From positions 1 through 61,218 of IMG/VR virus record IMGVR_UViG_3300042934_000627: 61,218 nt of DNA. One strand, given 5' to 3'. The notes beneath the pieces are model-generated. The model made no database searches. It saw only the letters and a list, made by a program, of their open reading frames with translations, and was not told the origin of the DNA. The translations under genes were made by a program, and so were the position numbers. Source of the stretch: a virus (Duplodnaviria; Caudoviricetes). The stretch's first letter is position 1. Every line of letters starts with the position of its first letter. Positions 59,030 through 61,218 of this stretch are shown here, piece after piece.

Positions 59030-60802
59030 ATGGCGATCATCATCGCATATATTAACGGTAAATGGCTCTATCGACCCGAACGTGCCCGAAGGATCGATTT
59101 ACTCACGCAGCACGCACGCAAGCTGATCGCGTTGTATAAGTCGGGTAAGGCCACACAGTATCACATCGATCAGTTGCGGCGTGACCGCGAAGAATTAACG
59201 AAGTTGAAACGTGTGCATCGCGCCGAAGTCGATATGTTGTACTTTTTTTACGAATATTTCTCGGAAGCACGTAACCCTGGCAATCCGGACAATCTCGTGC
59301 CTACTGCCGATGTCGATATGGATAGCGCACCGGAATTCCACCGTAAGTTGTCGCGTATTCTTGATTCTGTATCGAACAAAAACCGTACGGCGCGCATCGC
59401 ATGGGCTGCATCGCGTGGTCACGCAAAGTCGGCGTACTTGTCGAACGCGTTCCCAACACATGAAACGGTATTCCGTAAGCGTCGGATGATTCTGATTATA
59501 TCGGAAACGAACGCCGGATCGAAGAAATTCATCAAATGGGTAGCCGGACAACTCAAATATAATACGAAATTACGCGATGACTTCGGTATTTTGCTGTTTG
59601 AGCAGAAAACGCGCAACGAAAAGGACTCGGAAGAAGCGTTTTTGACGACAGCGGGTACGAAAATGGAAGCGACATCGCTCGGTACACAGATTCGCGGGTT
59701 TCGTAACGGATCTCAGCGACCGGACCTCATCATTTTGGACGACCTTGAGTCGCGCGACTCGAATAATACGCCGGAACTGCGGCAGAAAGCGAAAGATTGG
59801 CTGAACCAGGACTTAATGCCGGCATACGACCCAACGCAGACCGCGATTATATTCATGGGAACGATTGTTCACGTAGATTCACTGCTTAATTACGTGCTTA
59901 ACGAACGTCACGACTTTATCAAAAACCGATTTCCGGCGATTATTACGCCACCGAAGAATGAAAAGCTGTGGGCTGAGTTTGAACGAATATATCGCGATTA
60001 CCAACCGACCCCGGGCGAACTGACCGCGATGGAAACAGCAAGCGAAGAAACGCCGACACCGAACGCTCAGGCGGCGCTACAATTCTACGTGGATCATCGA
60101 GAATCAATGGATGCCGGCGCCGAGGTTTTATGGCCGGCACGGTTCCCACTCGCACAACTATATCTCGAAAAGGTTAACTATGGGTCCAAGGCGTTCAATA
60201 CCGAGTTCATGAACAATCCACTCGACGAAGAATCACAATTATTTCACCCCGACGCGTTTTATTACTGGGATAATATGGATTTTTCAGCGAAAGAGTACGA
60301 TATTTTCATGGGTGTAGACTTCGCAATGGGTAAGCAGCGTGGTGACTATTCGGCTTGTATTACGATTGCCAAGCATAAAATTACCGGAAAAATATACGTT
60401 ATTGATGCGTATTTGGCGCGAATCCATCCGGACGAATACATGCAAGTAATCATCGAAAAGGTGCGGAAGTACCAACCGACACGCATCGGCGCCGAGGCGC
60501 AAATGGCACAGGAGTTTTTCGTTGACCGTTTGAAAGCGGCATTACAAGACGTTGGCTATCCGGCATATTCGCGCGTTAATAAGATACAGCAACGGTCACG
60601 TAAAGAATTACGTATTGAATCGATGCAGCCGGACATTGAACGTGGCGATATCGTGTTCCATCGGTCGCAAAAGTTGCTACTCGACCAATTCGAACAGTAT
60701 GGAACTAACGCACATGATGACGGACCGGATAGTTTGGAAATGGCGATTGCTACGTCAAAACGTACAAAAGTACGAATTATCGATAAACCTAACTGGATTT
60801 AG
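59030..60802 (+). CDS. terL: Terminase large subunit (true start possibly ATC 59042)
   Basis: SRGHAKS, IRG...RPDLIILDDLE, MGT, GVD.A...GDYSA, HDDGPD. Confidence 0.95.
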   Translation: MAIIIAYINGKWLYRPERARRIDLLTQHARKLIALYKSGKATQYHIDQLRRDREELTKLKRVHRAEVDMLYFFYEYFSEARNPGNPDNLVPTADVDMDSAPEFHRKLSRILDSVSNKNRTARIAWAASRGHAKSAYLSNAFPTHETVFRKRRMILIISETNAGSKKFIKWVAGQLKYNTKLRDDFGILLFEQKTRNEKDSEEAFLTTAGTKMEATSLGTQIRGFRNGSQRPDLIILDDLESRDSNNTPELRQKAKDWLNQDLMPAYDPTQTAIIFMGTIVHVDSLLNYVLNERHDFIKNRFPAIITPPKNEKLWAEFERIYRDYQPTPGELTAMETASEETPTPNAQAALQFYVDHRESMDAGAEVLWPARFPLAQLYLEKVNYGSKAFNTEFMNNPLDEESQLFHPDAFYYWDNMDFSAKEYDIFMGVDFAMGKQRGDYSACITIAKHKITGKIYVIDAYLARIHPDEYMQVIIEKVRKYQPTRIGAEAQMAQEFFVDRLKAALQDVGYPAYSRVNKIQQRSRKELRIESMQPDIERGDIVFHRSQKLLLDQFEQYGTNAHDDGPDSLEMAIATSKRTKVRIIDKPNWI

Positions 60803-60896
60803 TCTAAATTTCCGTAAAAGTTAGCAATATGTAACTAATTAATATGGAGGGGTCTTTTACCCCATTGAACGGAACTTTACCGAAGGGAGGTACGCT

Positions 60897-61218
60897 ATGA
60901 ATCGCAAATTTCAACAGCTCGAAGCAAAACTAACGATGCAACAACGAAAAGCAGCGTTATTGCTTGTGCAGCGCGAACTCGACAACCCAGTCGTAGAACA
61001 ACAACTTACGATCGAGGATATTGCCGTACAGGTAGGAATCAGCGAACGGCAAATGTATCGTTGGAAACGAGACCCCGTATTTATCGAGTATATGAACATG
61101 CTTGCCGACGATTTTCTTTCCGGTTATCGATCAGGCGTGTATAAGCAGATGCTCAAGCTCATATTCGCGAGTCAGCCATCCGTTAAAGCGATGGACTTGT
61201 ACCTCAAGCGATTCGGCC
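60897..61218 (+). CDS. HTH protein, candidate terminase small subunit (3'-truncated), not in ORF track
   Basis: SD gggagg; MNRKFQQLEAKLT.QQRKAA...IA.QVGISERQMYRWK.DP.F..Y. Confidence 0.7.
   Translation, partial: MNRKFQQLEAKLTMQQRKAALLLVQRELDNPVVEQQLTIEDIAVQVGISERQMYRWKRDPVFIEYMNMLADDFLSGYRSGVYKQMLKLIFASQPSVKAMDLYLKRFG

Overview
The whole window is a near-complete (~61 kb) temperate, contractile-tailed (PBSX/Xkd-like tail) bacteriophage of a Bacillales host. It is opened inside the portal gene and ends in an HTH gene just after the large terminase. Order: head (1-4.6 kb), neck and tail (4.6-16.5 kb), acetyltransferase moron, lysis (17.3-19.3 kb), morons including an orphan PemK/MazF-like toxin with a downstream structured RNA, attP core (3' half of tRNA-Leu CAA) next to a tyrosine integrase, early genes with self-encoded replisome parts (DnaC-like loader, DnaB-like helicase, primase, SSB, family-A polymerase), an immunity region with two HTH repressors plus an arbitrium-like AimR/AimP pair and a sigma-like factor, RNA ligase, RuvC, C5-methyltransferase, a minus-strand FtsK/relaxase/ParM/ParR operon, a tRNA-like RNA, serine resolvase and terminase. 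Non-obvious signals read directly from the sequence: (i) two copies of a module made of an HTH gene, three long repeats, three short repeats and a conserved ~130-bp core; (ii) six copies of a phage-specific promoter motif with invariant spacing; (iii) a perfect 44-bp palindrome over a ribosome-binding site; (iv) three probable non-canonical start codons; (v) a promoter plus LexA box embedded in the helicase gene. Protein calls come from motif recognition and synteny only; no searches were run.
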